From: Planctomycetota bacterium
Lineage (GTDB): Bacteria > Planctomycetota > SZUA-567 > H5-PLA8
DNA length: 64,000 nucleotides
Reading direction: 5' to 3'
NCBI GenBank assembly: GCA_045863855.1
Contig: BTVV01000023.1
Span: 1 to 64,000, forward strand
How positions within the stretch are numbered: position 1 is the first letter of the stretch; every line of letters starts with the position of its first letter. A program made the translations under genes and the position numbers. The notes under the pieces were generated by a model. It was not told where the DNA came from and ran no database searches. It worked only from the letters and a program-made list of their open reading frames with translations. Of this stretch, positions 29,147 through 39,380 are shown in pieces.

Positions 29147-32100
29147 ATGCGGAATAGGCTTCTCGTTGCCGGTTGGGTGGCGGCCTGCGCGTTTACGGCA
29201 GCCGTTGCGGCGGAGACGGTTTCGATCGAGCTGGCATTGCCGGCCGAGCGCGTCGGCGGATTCCGAAAAGAGGGCGAATACTGGGTTCCGCTCAGGGAGG
29301 CGCACGACCTCGACGGAGGCGCCTTGGCGCTCGACTCTGGCGCGACCGACGAGCGCTTGTGGGCGCTGGGCGGCGGAATGCAGCAGGAATCGGGCGGACC
29401 GGTGTATGCGGCGGGCTTCAAGCTGCTGCGCTGGTACGTTCAATCGGCTCAATCGCGCACGGTGGCCGTTTGGGCGCGCATGCGCCACAGCCCTCGGGAT
29501 CTGCGCCTTTACGTGAACGATGCCATCTGGAGTCCCGCCGATGAACTCAAGGCGGCCGGCCGCGACCTCAAAGATAAGGATGCGTGGAAAGATTTTGCGG
29601 ATACCTGGCGCTGGGTGAAGCTCGCCGAGGTGGAATGCGGCGCGGGCGTACAAGCGTTGCAAGTGATTCCCGATTGGCCGGGCTACAACCATTCGCCGTT
29701 GCTGCCGTGGCCGCATCATTTTCAAATCGAGAAGCTGGTGCTGGTCGAAGGCGATGCGGCACCCGAACAATCCGGGGCGCAGCCTCGAAAAGCCGCGGTG
29801 AAGGCGTATTGGATCGACACCGCCACGCACGAATTGCCACCGGGCAGCCGGCTAGAAAGCCTGAAGCCTGCTCAGCCCATGCGCGTAAAAGCGCTTCAGG
29901 TTTCGAACGACGGCGGAAAGACTTGGGTGGCCGCGGATACGCAACCGGCTACCGCGAAGCTGACGGTCCGCGCGGTATTCGATGCCGCCACGGTTCAGAC
30001 CATGCCGGCGCAGCGGGCCGATCCCGCTCAGCGCCACGCGCGACCGGTGCCGTCGGCCGAGGAAACCAGCCGCTTCGCGCACTTCTCCGCGCGCATCCAA
30101 GTACCCGCCGAACGCGTGCTGAAGCTCGAGAACGCGCTGCTGGAACTGGTGCTGGACACCTCGGCGCACGGCGTATTGAAGCTTACTCATCGCGGCGGCA
30201 AGGCCGAAGCCGCACCGGCCACCGTCCGGCCGCTCTTTACGCTGGAACTGAAGAAGCGCGGCGAACCGTGGCCGGAGCCGCGCCATGTGCTCGAGCCCAA
30301 ACAGGGGATGCTGAAAAGCGCGCGCGTGCGCGGTAAGGGCACGCAAGCCGAGTTGGAGTACCTCTTCCTGGACGGGAAGTTGAAGGCGAAGGTGAGCGTC
30401 GACCTGGGCACGGGCCTGGAGACGCAGTGGGCGCTGGAACTGGACAATAAGTCCGAGTGGGATGTGCTGACCTACACGTTTCCGCGCTTGAGCGGATTGC
30501 GCATCGGTTCGAGCGGCTACGACGACGCGTGGCTGAACACGAACTTTTACGGTCCCTGGATGCCGGGCAGCGCGTACTTCGCCGAGTTCCGCCCCGAAGA
30601 CCGCGAGTACCCGGGCTGGGGCGCACTGGGTTACGCGAGTCTGTACGACCCGGCCGCGGGCCTGACCGTCGCGACGCTGCAGCCGCGCGATGGCGCGACG
30701 CATTTCCTGTTGCGGCCCGAACGTCCGCGCTACGGAGAGACGGTGACGCTGGATGTGCAGAAAGAGCACTGCGTCGCCGGTGGAGAGAAGAAGACCTGGA
30801 GCTACGCGCTGTACTTCCACGACGGCGACTGGCACAGCGGCGCCGACTGGTACCGGGGCTGGTTCCGCAGCACCTTCGGCGTGGCGGATCACTTCCCCGA
30901 CTGGGCGCGCGACGGGCACGGCTGGCTGCAATACAACTCGGCTCTGAACGAAAAACATTTTAAATGGCCGCAGCTCTGGGACATCTACGAGAAAGCGCGG
31001 CGAATGGGGCTGAACCACGTCCAGGTGTGGGGCCAGTTCGGCGCGAATTCGTGCTCGGCGTTCTGGTGGCCTTCGCCAAACTACGGGACGCAGGAAGAGT
31101 TCGCGGCGATGAATCGCAAGATTCGCGATGCCGGCGGGCACATCGGCTACTACCTGATGTACGACCGCGAGAATCGCTACAACTATCTAGACGCGCAAAC
31201 CTACGAAGGCTATCTGCCCCGCAGCGCCTATCCTGAATCCGTCCCCATGTTGACGCTAGAGCAATTCAAGCGCGCGGCGTACGTGAAAGATCCCGCGGGC
31301 AAGCCCGACGCATGGCCCGCGAACGAGCAGCAGATGCAGGAATTCCGCGCCAACCTGAACCGCCTGCTGGCTGCGAAAGAACTGACCACCTGGGCCAAGG
31401 GCACGCCCGAGACGTGGCCGAAAAGCAGCATGATCAGCATGAACCCGCTCGACGAGACGTGGTACCGGCACCTCGAACTGTACACCGTGGATCTTTACGC
31501 CAAGCGTTGGAACTCGGATTCGCCTTACCAGGATGTGCTGGGCATCGGTCATCTGGGGCGCAGCTTCGATCTCGCGCGCGGCGACCACGGCCACGTGCAC
31601 AACTCGGAATACGAGACCGCCAAACGTTTGTTCGAGACCGGCCAGAAAGCGGACAAGCAATTTACGCTGCTGGCCGAAGGGAAATCGAATCTGGTCACGC
31701 GCTGGGCGGTGGGCATGACCAGCAACCAGCATTACGGCTGGCGCGATCTGCGCGCACTGCGCTACACCCATCCCGACCATATCCTGGCGCTGGGCGGCTC
31801 CAACGGCGGCTACCGCGACATGCGCCATAACTGCGAACTCGCGTACTTGTTCGGCACTTGGTTCGACATCATCCCCGCCGAGGATTTCAAGGAAGTCCAC
31901 AAGCTGGTGCGCTTCCGCACTGCGCTGAAGCGCTGGGCCACGCGCGGGGTCTATCGCGATACGGTGGGCGTGAAAGCCAGCGGCGGGCTGCTGGCCGCAC
32001 GCCACGACCGCATGGGCGAGGACGTGCGCGCCATCCTGATCCCGACCGTGCGCCCCGCGGGCGTGGAGCAGGGTCAGATCGAGGTGGACGTCGCCGCACT

Positions 32101-32917
32101 GGGCGAGCGCTACGGCGCATTCTGGCTCACCGAGGATGGGGAGGCAAAGGAAGCGACGATGTACACCTTCGAGCGCGGCTTTGGCGCAACGCAGGCGCCG
32201 GCGGCGGGAGCCAGCGCGCTGTTGTGCGTCGCGCAGGCGCCGGCCGGCGAAGACTTGCTGGGCGGTGTCGTCGTCGAACGCCGCCCGCAAGGACTCGCGG
32301 CGCGCGTCTGGATCGCCAACCTGACCGACGCACCACGCACGCTCGCGGTGCTGCTCGATGCACCCGGCGCGGCAACGCCCGTGCAGTCCGTGGCGCTCAA
32401 ACCGTTCGGCGTCTTCTCCCACCGCTACGAGATGAACCTGCCGAATCCCGGCGCGGCGCATGGCTTCGTCCGGCTGCTCGCCCAAGGCAAACCGATTGGC
32501 GAGAACTATCTGTATCCGCTCTTCGACGATCCGAGCTTCGAACGCCGCGGCACAGCCGAAGCCGCCGCTCCGGACGGACAGCGTATCTTGCGCCTCCCGC
32601 CGAAGGAAGGCTGGCAAGGACACGGTGGGCAACTCTGGCTCGAATCCGGACACCGCTACCGCATCGGCGTCAAAGCCCGTCGCGGCGGCGCCCAAGGTCA
32701 GATGCACGGGCTTGTGATTCTCAAGCTGGACTCGGGCAAGCAACAGCATGTCGGCCTGAACTTTCCCAAGGAACAGACCGACTTCTCCGCATGGCTGCAT
32801 CTAAGCGCCGAGTTCGAAACTCCGCCCGATTTGAAACAAGCGCAGTTCTACCTCTACAACTCGAACAGCAAGGAAACCGTGGACTACGACGACATCCGCG
32901 TCGAGATGCTCAGGTAG
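29147..32917 (+). CDS. Large exported putative glycoside hydrolase (DUF6259-like core) with C-terminal carbohydrate-binding-like domain
   Basis: Signal peptide; HDGDWHSGADWYRGW, W/Y-rich barrel region; C-terminal DPSFE...GHRYRIGVKAR...W.HLSAEFETP...YDDIRVE. Confidence 0.6.
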   Translation: MRNRLLVAGWVAACAFTAAVAAETVSIELALPAERVGGFRKEGEYWVPLREAHDLDGGALALDSGATDERLWALGGGMQQESGGPVYAAGFKLLRWYVQSAQSRTVAVWARMRHSPRDLRLYVNDAIWSPADELKAAGRDLKDKDAWKDFADTWRWVKLAEVECGAGVQALQVIPDWPGYNHSPLLPWPHHFQIEKLVLVEGDAAPEQSGAQPRKAAVKAYWIDTATHELPPGSRLESLKPAQPMRVKALQVSNDGGKTWVAADTQPATAKLTVRAVFDAATVQTMPAQRADPAQRHARPVPSAEETSRFAHFSARIQVPAERVLKLENALLELVLDTSAHGVLKLTHRGGKAEAAPATVRPLFTLELKKRGEPWPEPRHVLEPKQGMLKSARVRGKGTQAELEYLFLDGKLKAKVSVDLGTGLETQWALELDNKSEWDVLTYTFPRLSGLRIGSSGYDDAWLNTNFYGPWMPGSAYFAEFRPEDREYPGWGALGYASLYDPAAGLTVATLQPRDGATHFLLRPERPRYGETVTLDVQKEHCVAGGEKKTWSYALYFHDGDWHSGADWYRGWFRSTFGVADHFPDWARDGHGWLQYNSALNEKHFKWPQLWDIYEKARRMGLNHVQVWGQFGANSCSAFWWPSPNYGTQEEFAAMNRKIRDAGGHIGYYLMYDRENRYNYLDAQTYEGYLPRSAYPESVPMLTLEQFKRAAYVKDPAGKPDAWPANEQQMQEFRANLNRLLAAKELTTWAKGTPETWPKSSMISMNPLDETWYRHLELYTVDLYAKRWNSDSPYQDVLGIGHLGRSFDLARGDHGHVHNSEYETAKRLFETGQKADKQFTLLAEGKSNLVTRWAVGMTSNQHYGWRDLRALRYTHPDHILALGGSNGGYRDMRHNCELAYLFGTWFDIIPAEDFKEVHKLVRFRTALKRWATRGVYRDTVGVKASGGLLAARHDRMGEDVRAILIPTVRPAGVEQGQIEVDVAALGERYGAFWLTEDGEAKEATMYTFERGFGATQAPAAGASALLCVAQAPAGEDLLGGVVVERRPQGLAARVWIANLTDAPRTLAVLLDAPGAATPVQSVALKPFGVFSHRYEMNLPNPGAAHGFVRLLAQGKPIGENYLYPLFDDPSFERRGTAEAAAPDGQRILRLPPKEGWQGHGGQLWLESGHRYRIGVKARRGGAQGQMHGLVILKLDSGKQQHVGLNFPKEQTDFSAWLHLSAEFETPPDLKQAQFYLYNSNSKETVDYDDIRVEMLR

Positions 32918-32922
32918 CGCCC

Positions 32923-33426
32923 TCAGTCCACTTGTGCCGGCGCTTGGAACTTTACGTTCCCGATGCCGGCGAGCTTGCAGAGATCGATCACCTTGACCAC
33001 GTTAAAGAACGGGACAAGCTGGTCTTTGCCGCGCGGCTCGTCGTACAGCGCGATCAGCACGCTGGCTTCGGGGTTGGCCGCGACTTGCGACAAAGCCTGG
33101 TAAAGCTGGTTCACGTCTCGCACCGGCGTGGCGTCGCGGCTGGCGAGGTAATACGTCGCCTCACGCATCGCGCGCGTCTGGAAGTCGGCGCTCGCACGCA
33201 TGACCGCGTCGTCGCGCACGAAGACGGTCAACTCTTCCGGCCGGATAAGCTCTCTCTTTGTGGAGCACGGTCCGTCCGGCTCGGGCAAGAACGCATCCAA
33301 GCGCTGCTCGACTTGCTTGAACTTCGTCGCGCACATGAAAAAGATCAGGAGCAGGAATACCACGTCGATCATCGGCGTAAGGTCCTGCTTCACCTCGGCG
33401 GACAGCGTTTGCGCATGCTTAAGCAT
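32923..33426 (-). CDS. exbD: Biopolymer transport ExbD/TolR family protein
   Basis: DLTPMIDVVFLLLIFFM; VVKVIDLCKLAGIGNVKF; RBS ggaggg. Confidence 0.85.
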   Translation of the reverse strand: MLKHAQTLSAEVKQDLTPMIDVVFLLLIFFMCATKFKQVEQRLDAFLPEPDGPCSTKRELIRPEELTVFVRDDAVMRASADFQTRAMREATYYLASRDATPVRDVNQLYQALSQVAANPEASVLIALYDEPRGKDQLVPFFNVVKVIDLCKLAGIGNVKFQAPAQVD

Positions 33427-33428
33427 CT

Positions 33429-33884
33429 TCAGATCCCTCCCTCTTTTTGGGGTTCGGCGGCGATGGATATTCGGGCAATGCCTGCGCGCGCACAGGCGGC
33501 CAACACTTGCTGGACGCGCGCATACGGCGCGCGCCGATCGGCTCGGATGCGGACTTCGAGCGGGCGGTCGGCGTCCGGCGCGGTTTGCGCGCGCAACAGT
33601 TCGGTCAAGTCTTCGGTACGCCGGTAGGTCTTCTGCCGTACCAGAATCTCCGTCGCATCGTCGCGCCAAGCCACATTCACCACCACGCGCCGCGTGTGCA
33701 CGGGGACGTCTTCGGCGGCGGCAAGGGATTGGGGCAAGGTGAGCTGCACGTACTCTTGCTTGATCAGATCGGAGACGCACAGAAAGAAGACGATCAACAG
33801 GAAGACCAAGTCGATCATCGGCGTGAGGTCGCATTCGACCTCGCGGGCCAGGCTTTTCGATCGGTTGGGGGAGTCGGTCGGCAT
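33429..33884 (-). CDS. exbD: Biopolymer transport ExbD/TolR family protein
   Basis: DLTPMIDLVFLLIVFF; IRADRRAPYARVQQVL; RBS ggagga. Confidence 0.9.
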   Translation of the reverse strand: MPTDSPNRSKSLAREVECDLTPMIDLVFLLIVFFLCVSDLIKQEYVQLTLPQSLAAAEDVPVHTRRVVVNVAWRDDATEILVRQKTYRRTEDLTELLRAQTAPDADRPLEVRIRADRRAPYARVQQVLAACARAGIARISIAAEPQKEGGI

Positions 33885-34231
33885 GCGGGCAATCCTCCGC
33901 GGCACGGCGTTCGCACGCGCGCCTGGGGGTTTGCCGACCCACTTCAACAACGGCAGGGGTCTGCATTCCCGGCAGGAATTTTTCAAACCGACTTGAGCCA
34001 AAATCGCTAATGGTGCACGGCTTCACGCCTGCCAATTCGGCAAAGTTTCGCGAACAGTTCCCGAATGAAGCTACGAAACGAAGCCGAAATTGGCCTTAAA
34101 CCCTCGAATTCCAACGATTTACTTCAGGTTCGCCCCCCTACCCGCCCGATACCTCGACCAAGGACATTCCTGCGCATGCGGACGGTCAGGAGCCGCGACT
34201 TGAGCGGCGCTCTCGGGGGGGAGCGAAAGCC

Positions 34232-35548
34232 ATGCATTCGAACATCGGGGACGGCGACTTGGTACGGGTTTGGGCGAAGATCGATCTTGACGCGTACGTG
34301 TACAACGTCCGCAAGGTGCTGGCGTCGCTGACGTGCGGTGCGAGCCTCTGCGCGGTCGTGAAGGCCAACGCGTACGGGCACGGCCTGATCCCGGTGAGCC
34401 GCGCGTGCCTCTCGGCGGGCGCTTCGCGCCTCGCGGTGGTCTGCGTACGCGAAGGCCTGGAACTCCGCGAAGCCGGAATCGAAGCGCCGATCCAGTTGCT
34501 GGGTCCGTGCCTGCCCGAAGAAGTCCGCCCCGGCATCGAAGGCGACCTGACCTTCGGCGTCAGCAGCGAAGACGAGATCGAGTTGATCGCCGCACGCAGC
34601 CGGGCAGTCCACCAGGGCCGCCGCCGCGGGAACCGCACGAAGATCCACATGCTCGTGGACACCGGCATGGGCCGCGGCGGATTCGCGCCCGACGAACTCT
34701 GGCCGGCGGCCGCGCGCATCCTCGCCGAAAACACGCTGGAACTGGAAGGCCTTTTCACCCACTTCAGCAGCGCGGAAGAGCAGGACCGCAGCTTCAGCCT
34801 GCAGCAGATCGCGCTCTTCCGCGGTCTCGTGCGCGACCTGGAAGAGAAAGGCGTGCGCATCAAGGTGCGCCATGCCGCGAACAGCGCCGCGGCACTTTTC
34901 TATCCCGAATCGCAGCTCGATCTGGTCCGCATCGGCGCGCTCCTGCACGGCTGCCGCGCGTGGGATCATGCGCGCGACGGCTTGGAACTGCGCCCGGCGC
35001 TCTCGCTGCATACCCGCGTGGCGCATGTCGGCAAGCGGCCGGCCGGATGGACGGTGGGTTACAACCGCGTGCATACTTGCAGCCGCGAATCGATTCTGGC
35101 GACGCTGCCCATCGGCTACAGCGACGGCTACCGCCGCGCGCTGAGCGGGCGGAGCGAAGTGCTGATCCGCGGGCGGCGCTGCCCGGTGATCGGCACGATC
35201 TCGATGGATTTCGTGGTGGTGGACGTGACCGCGCTGGGCAACGCACCGCAGGGCTTGCCAAAGGTGGGCGACGAAGTCATCTTGATCGGGAGCGACCCGC
35301 TCGCCCGCGAGCGCATCACGGTGGAAGAACTCGCGCGCGCCAGCGGCACGATACCCTACGTGGTCACGACCCAACTCGGCGCGAAAGTCGAACGGCGCTA
35401 CGAAGGAAAGTTCGCGGAGTTCCTGCGCCAGGAGGCCGAACAAAAGGCCGCCGGCGAACCGCTCCCGCTGCCGGCATCGAACACGATCCCGCTTTCGTCG
35501 CTGCGCGAAGAGTCCGAATCGCCCGTGCGCATGGCCGCCGGAGCGTAA
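34232..35548 (+). CDS. alr: Alanine racemase
   Basis: AVVKANAYGHG PLP-lysine motif, VDTGMGRGG, FTHFS, HAANSAA, PIGYSDG and SMD. Confidence 0.95.
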   Translation: MHSNIGDGDLVRVWAKIDLDAYVYNVRKVLASLTCGASLCAVVKANAYGHGLIPVSRACLSAGASRLAVVCVREGLELREAGIEAPIQLLGPCLPEEVRPGIEGDLTFGVSSEDEIELIAARSRAVHQGRRRGNRTKIHMLVDTGMGRGGFAPDELWPAAARILAENTLELEGLFTHFSSAEEQDRSFSLQQIALFRGLVRDLEEKGVRIKVRHAANSAAALFYPESQLDLVRIGALLHGCRAWDHARDGLELRPALSLHTRVAHVGKRPAGWTVGYNRVHTCSRESILATLPIGYSDGYRRALSGRSEVLIRGRRCPVIGTISMDFVVVDVTALGNAPQGLPKVGDEVILIGSDPLARERITVEELARASGTIPYVVTTQLGAKVERRYEGKFAEFLRQEAEQKAAGEPLPLPASNTIPLSSLREESESPVRMAAGA

Positions 35549-35554
35549 GCGCGG

Positions 35555-36874
35555 CTACTCAACGCGGTACAGGAAGTATTCCTTCTTGCCCTTCCGCAGT
35601 ACGAGATACTTCCCGTGCAGCAAGTCGGCGGGCGTAACCTTTTTGTTCAGGTCGACGACGCGGACGTTGTTCAAGTTCGCGGCGCCCTGCGGCAACGCGC
35701 GCTTGGCTTCGCCTTTGCTTTTCCACAAGCCGCTCTCGGCCATCAGGTCCAAAAAGAGCGCGCCTTCTCCACCCAGCCGATCCTTGGAAAGCGTTCCGCC
35801 GGGCGCTTCTTTGACCAGTTCCAGCAACGTCGCTTCGTCCAAATCGGCTAGACCGGCGTCGCCGGATTTCGAGCCGCCGAACAGCGCCGCGGCGGCCTGC
35901 TCCGCTTTGGCGGTCTCATCGGGCCCGTGAATCAGGCGCGTCAGTTCGCGCGCCAGCACCTTCTGTGCTTCGCGCTTCCCGGGATCGGCGGCATGACGCG
36001 ACTCGAGCGCTTCGATTTCCTCGCGGGAAAGCTCCGTAAACCAGCGCAGCAGGCTCCCCGTGTCGGCGTCCGGGACGTTAATGAAGTACTGGTAGAAAGC
36101 GTAGGGCGTGGTTTTGTGCGCGCTGAGCCAGATCGCGCCTTCTTCGGTCTTACCGAATTTCTTCCCGTCGCTGCGGGTTAAAAGCGGCCACGTGAGGCCC
36201 ACGGCAACATGCTCGCGTTCTTCGCCATCGGCGGCAAGCCGACGGCGAATCAGTTCGCAACCGGCCGTGATGTTGCCGTACTGATCGCTTCCACCCACCT
36301 GCATTTGACAGCCGAAAGTCCGGTACAAATGCCAGAAGTCGTACGCCTGAAGCAGCATGTAGCTGAACTCGGTGAAGCTGATGCCGTGGTCGCGGTCTTC
36401 GAGGCGCGCGCGGACGGATTCTTTGGCCATCATCGCGTTAACGGTGAAATACTTGCCCACATCGCGCAGAAATTCGATCAGCGAAATTTTGCAAAGCCAG
36501 TCGGCGTTGTTGATCAGCTTTGCGTCGCCCGCGCCGGCGTGCTTGAAGACGCGCGAAATCACTTCCTGAATGCCGCGGCAATTCGCGTCGATCTGGGCGG
36601 CCGTCTGCAATCCGCGCTCGGCGCTTTTTCCGCTGGGGTCGCCGACGAAGCCCGTGCCGCCGCCGGCTATAGCGATGGCTTTATGCCCGGCCTTCTGGAA
36701 ACGCGCGAGGTTGACCAAGCCTAGCAAATTGCCGACGTGCAGGCTGTCCGCGGTGGGATCGAAGCCGCAATACACGGTGAGGCTTTCGCGTTTGAGCCGC
36801 TCGCCGAGATGCGGGTCGGTGGTCTGATGGACCAGTCCGCGCCATTGAAGTTCACCGAACACGTCGCCGGGCAT
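35555..36874 (-). CDS. tyrS: Tyrosine--tRNA ligase
   Basis: YCGFDPTADSLHVGN (HIGH), GDPSGKS, QVGGSDQYGNI, KFGKT (KMSKS), and S4-like C-terminus LRKGKK; RBS aaggaagg. Confidence 0.97.
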   Translation of the reverse strand: MPGDVFGELQWRGLVHQTTDPHLGERLKRESLTVYCGFDPTADSLHVGNLLGLVNLARFQKAGHKAIAIAGGGTGFVGDPSGKSAERGLQTAAQIDANCRGIQEVISRVFKHAGAGDAKLINNADWLCKISLIEFLRDVGKYFTVNAMMAKESVRARLEDRDHGISFTEFSYMLLQAYDFWHLYRTFGCQMQVGGSDQYGNITAGCELIRRRLAADGEEREHVAVGLTWPLLTRSDGKKFGKTEEGAIWLSAHKTTPYAFYQYFINVPDADTGSLLRWFTELSREEIEALESRHAADPGKREAQKVLARELTRLIHGPDETAKAEQAAAALFGGSKSGDAGLADLDEATLLELVKEAPGGTLSKDRLGGEGALFLDLMAESGLWKSKGEAKRALPQGAANLNNVRVVDLNKKVTPADLLHGKYLVLRKGKKEYFLYRVE

Positions 36875-36895
36875 GCAGCCTTCCTTTCGAAGCAC

Positions 36896-36928
36896 ACAAA
36901 AACGCCATGGGGAGCGCCCATGGCGTTT
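36896..36928 (-). terminator. Intrinsic-terminator-like hairpin in the dgt-tyrS intergenic region
   Basis: Stem aaacgccatggg/cccatggcgttt with a 5-nt loop; T5 tract on the minus strand about 25 nt before the tyrS ATG. Confidence 0.6.
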
Positions 36929-36984
36929 GTCGCGTATCCGGAGCGAAAAGTCTAGCGCGCGAAAGTCGGTCCTCAAGCAACGGG

Positions 36985-38133
36985 CTACTCGCCGCAATGC
37001 TCCGACCAGCGGCGCTCGGCGTAGCGGTCGGTCATCCCGGCGACGTAGTCGCAGACCACGCGATGCAGGGTCGCGCCCTCGGCTTCGACGCGGCGGCGGT
37101 GGTCGTCGGGCAGGCGCGCGGAATCGTCGACGTAGTACGCGAAGAGCTGCTTTAAGCGCCCTTGCCAGAGTTCCGCGTGCTCGCGCACGCGCGGGTGATA
37201 ATAAAAACGCGCGCGGAGAAAGCGTTCGAGTTCCACCTTCTTCGGCCGCAACTCGGCTCCGAATCCCACCAACTCCTGCGCACAAGCCCGCACCTCGGCC
37301 AGCGAGCCGATCTTCTGAGCGCCCAAGCGCCGCTCGGTCTCGGCGATCAGATCGCCGGCGAGGATACGGATCAGGCGCCGCACCGCCGAACGCCAGCGCA
37401 GGCGATGATCGTTCTTCAGCTCCGGATGCTCGTTCAGCACTTCGGCCACGGCCTGCCGCCATAGCGCCAGGCTCTCCAGGTCGGATTCTTCGAGCGTCCG
37501 CGATACGAGCGCGTCCTCGATGTCATGCGTGTCGTAAGCAATCTCGTCGGCATGCCCGACCAGTTGCACTTCAAGGGAAGGCCGGTCGTTCAGAAAGCCG
37601 AATTTCGCGCGCGACTCGGTGCTTAAATTTTTGGTGAACCCTTCGCGCGTCTCGTACGTGAGGTTCAAACCGGGAAATTCGGCGTAGCGGCGTTCGAAGA
37701 GATCGACGATCCTCAGGCCCTGCAAATTGTGGTTAAAGCCGCCGTGCCCGTGCATGGCTTCGTTCAGCGCGTCCTCGCCGCTGTGCCCGAACGGCCCATG
37801 GCCTAAATCGTGAGCCAGCGCCAGCGCTTCCACCAGATCCTCGTTGAGTCCCAGGGTTCGCGCCAACGTGCGGGCGATCTGCGTGACCTCCAGCGTGTGC
37901 GTCAATCGGTTGCGGTAGTGATCGTCCTCGAGCACGCTGACGAAGACTTGCGTCTTGTATTCCAACCGGCGGAATGCGGTGGAGTGTACGATGCGGTCGC
38001 GGTCGCGCTGGAAGCGCCCGCGGTAAGGCGGCTCGTCTTCGGCGACGCGCCGTCCTCGGCTGTCGGCGCTGCGCACCGCATAGGGCGCCAGCGCCATTTC
38101 CAGGTGCCGTTCGAGATTCGCGCGTTCACGCAT
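36985..38133 (-). CDS. dgt: Deoxyguanosinetriphosphate triphosphohydrolase (HD superfamily)
   Basis: FQRDRDRIVHSTAFRRLEYKTQV, RLTHTLEV, AHDLGHGPFGHSGE and DYVAGMTDRYA. Confidence 0.95.
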   Translation of the reverse strand: MRERANLERHLEMALAPYAVRSADSRGRRVAEDEPPYRGRFQRDRDRIVHSTAFRRLEYKTQVFVSVLEDDHYRNRLTHTLEVTQIARTLARTLGLNEDLVEALALAHDLGHGPFGHSGEDALNEAMHGHGGFNHNLQGLRIVDLFERRYAEFPGLNLTYETREGFTKNLSTESRAKFGFLNDRPSLEVQLVGHADEIAYDTHDIEDALVSRTLEESDLESLALWRQAVAEVLNEHPELKNDHRLRWRSAVRRLIRILAGDLIAETERRLGAQKIGSLAEVRACAQELVGFGAELRPKKVELERFLRARFYYHPRVREHAELWQGRLKQLFAYYVDDSARLPDDHRRRVEAEGATLHRVVCDYVAGMTDRYAERRWSEHCGE

Positions 38134-38182
38134 GCAGGAAAAGGTAGCGGGCCGCGTAGGTTTGTCCAAAACAGGGGCGGCT

Positions 38183-38620
38183 TCAAGCCAGCCGTTCCCA
38201 AACCAGCGTTCCGACGTAAGTCAAGCCATCGGCGACGGACAGCGGGTCGGTGGTGAGCGTCATGCGCTCGCCGTCGAAGCGGACGTTGCGAACGAGGTCG
38301 GTCCCGACCCAGTTGGGAAAGAGGCTGCCTTCCACGTGATGGACCAGTTTTCCCGCCGCTTCGTCGAAACGGTACGTGCCCCAGTAGGCCAGATAGCCCT
38401 CGAAAGCCGCGCGAACCTCCGCATCGCTGCCGCGCCGCGGGTTCTCGTCGCTGAACTTCGGCCGGTCGAGCCCCATCAACTGGCCGTTCATGCGCCCGCG
38501 GCCGTCGTAGAGCAACTGCCCCGCCGCGCGCGGGCCGACCGGATGAATCACCTTCCCGTCGCTGCGCTTGAATTCGCCCGAAACCAGCCGCCACGCGCCC
38601 GCGAATCGGTCCGTTGCCAT
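38183..38620 (-). CDS. Lipocalin-like domain protein
   Basis: GAWRLVS, G.LLYD..GRM, YLAYWGTY, HHVEGSLFPNWVG and LVWER. Confidence 0.85.
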   Translation of the reverse strand: MATDRFAGAWRLVSGEFKRSDGKVIHPVGPRAAGQLLYDGRGRMNGQLMGLDRPKFSDENPRRGSDAEVRAAFEGYLAYWGTYRFDEAAGKLVHHVEGSLFPNWVGTDLVRNVRFDGERMTLTTDPLSVADGLTYVGTLVWERLA

Positions 38621-38642
38621 GGCTTCGTTCCTTCGAATGGTC

Positions 38643-39209
38643 TTATTTTTTGAACGCGCGCCGCAGCTCTTCCCACAGCTCTTCGAGCGCCACCGGCACG
38701 GTTTGCGTCTGTCCGACGATGGGCAGGAAATTCGTATCGCCCAGCCAGCGCGGCATGGCGTGCATGTGCAGGTGGGCTTCGATCCCCGCACCGCCGGCTT
38801 TGCCGAGATTCATGCCGACGTTGAAGCCCTGCGGGCGCATCACCTTGCCCAACACGTCCACGCAGCGGCGGGCATGCGCCCACAGCGCTCCGCTTTCGGC
38901 CTCCGAAAGCCCCGGCAGATCGCACGTGTGCCTCAGCGGCGCGGCCAGTAGGTGCCCGCCAATATAAGGATAGCGGTTCATGATGATCAGAGCGTGCTTA
39001 TCCCGGTGCAGCAGCAGCAGTTCCTTCCAGCGCGCTTCGTCTCCGGCCTTCGCACGGGCCGCTTCGCATAGGAAGCAGCCTTGATCTTTGGGTCCCAGCA
39101 GAAAGGCCATCCGCCACGGCGCGAATAAGACTTTGCGCTTGGGCACTCCGGCCTTTGCAGACCGTGAAGTTCCTGCACGAGGGGGCGTCGATTTGCGTGA
39201 GCGAGCCAT
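38643..39209 (-). CDS. HIT family nucleotide hydrolase
   Basis: LFAPWRM, CFLC, NRYPY..GHLL, GFNVGMNLGKAGGAGI and HLHMH. Confidence 0.92.
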   Translation of the reverse strand: MARSRKSTPPRAGTSRSAKAGVPKRKVLFAPWRMAFLLGPKDQGCFLCEAARAKAGDEARWKELLLLHRDKHALIIMNRYPYIGGHLLAAPLRHTCDLPGLSEAESGALWAHARRCVDVLGKVMRPQGFNVGMNLGKAGGAGIEAHLHMHAMPRWLGDTNFLPIVGQTQTVPVALEELWEELRRAFKK

Positions 39210-39380
39210 GGCGGGAAGCTTCCGCTCGAGGGCCTCGGGGGTCAAGTCCACGGGACGCGTGCCCCATCATCGACCGAAGATCGTCCTTCGATTTGAGTGC
39301 TAAACAAACATGACGCCAGCGGGCAAAGAGGATAAACTGCACAGCACGTGTACAAATTCCAGGCAGTTGCACGAGCACTC

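Noticed and set aside
33427..34035. 370-aa single ORF spanning both exbD genes
   Set aside because: The upstream part overlaps the first exbD in another frame; the second exbD has its own RBS and ATG at 33426.
36875..37462. Long N-terminal extension of TyrS, or a T-box riboswitch
   Set aside because: The extension overlaps dgt and a good RBS precedes ATG 36874. No T-box consensus was found in the 110-nt gap.
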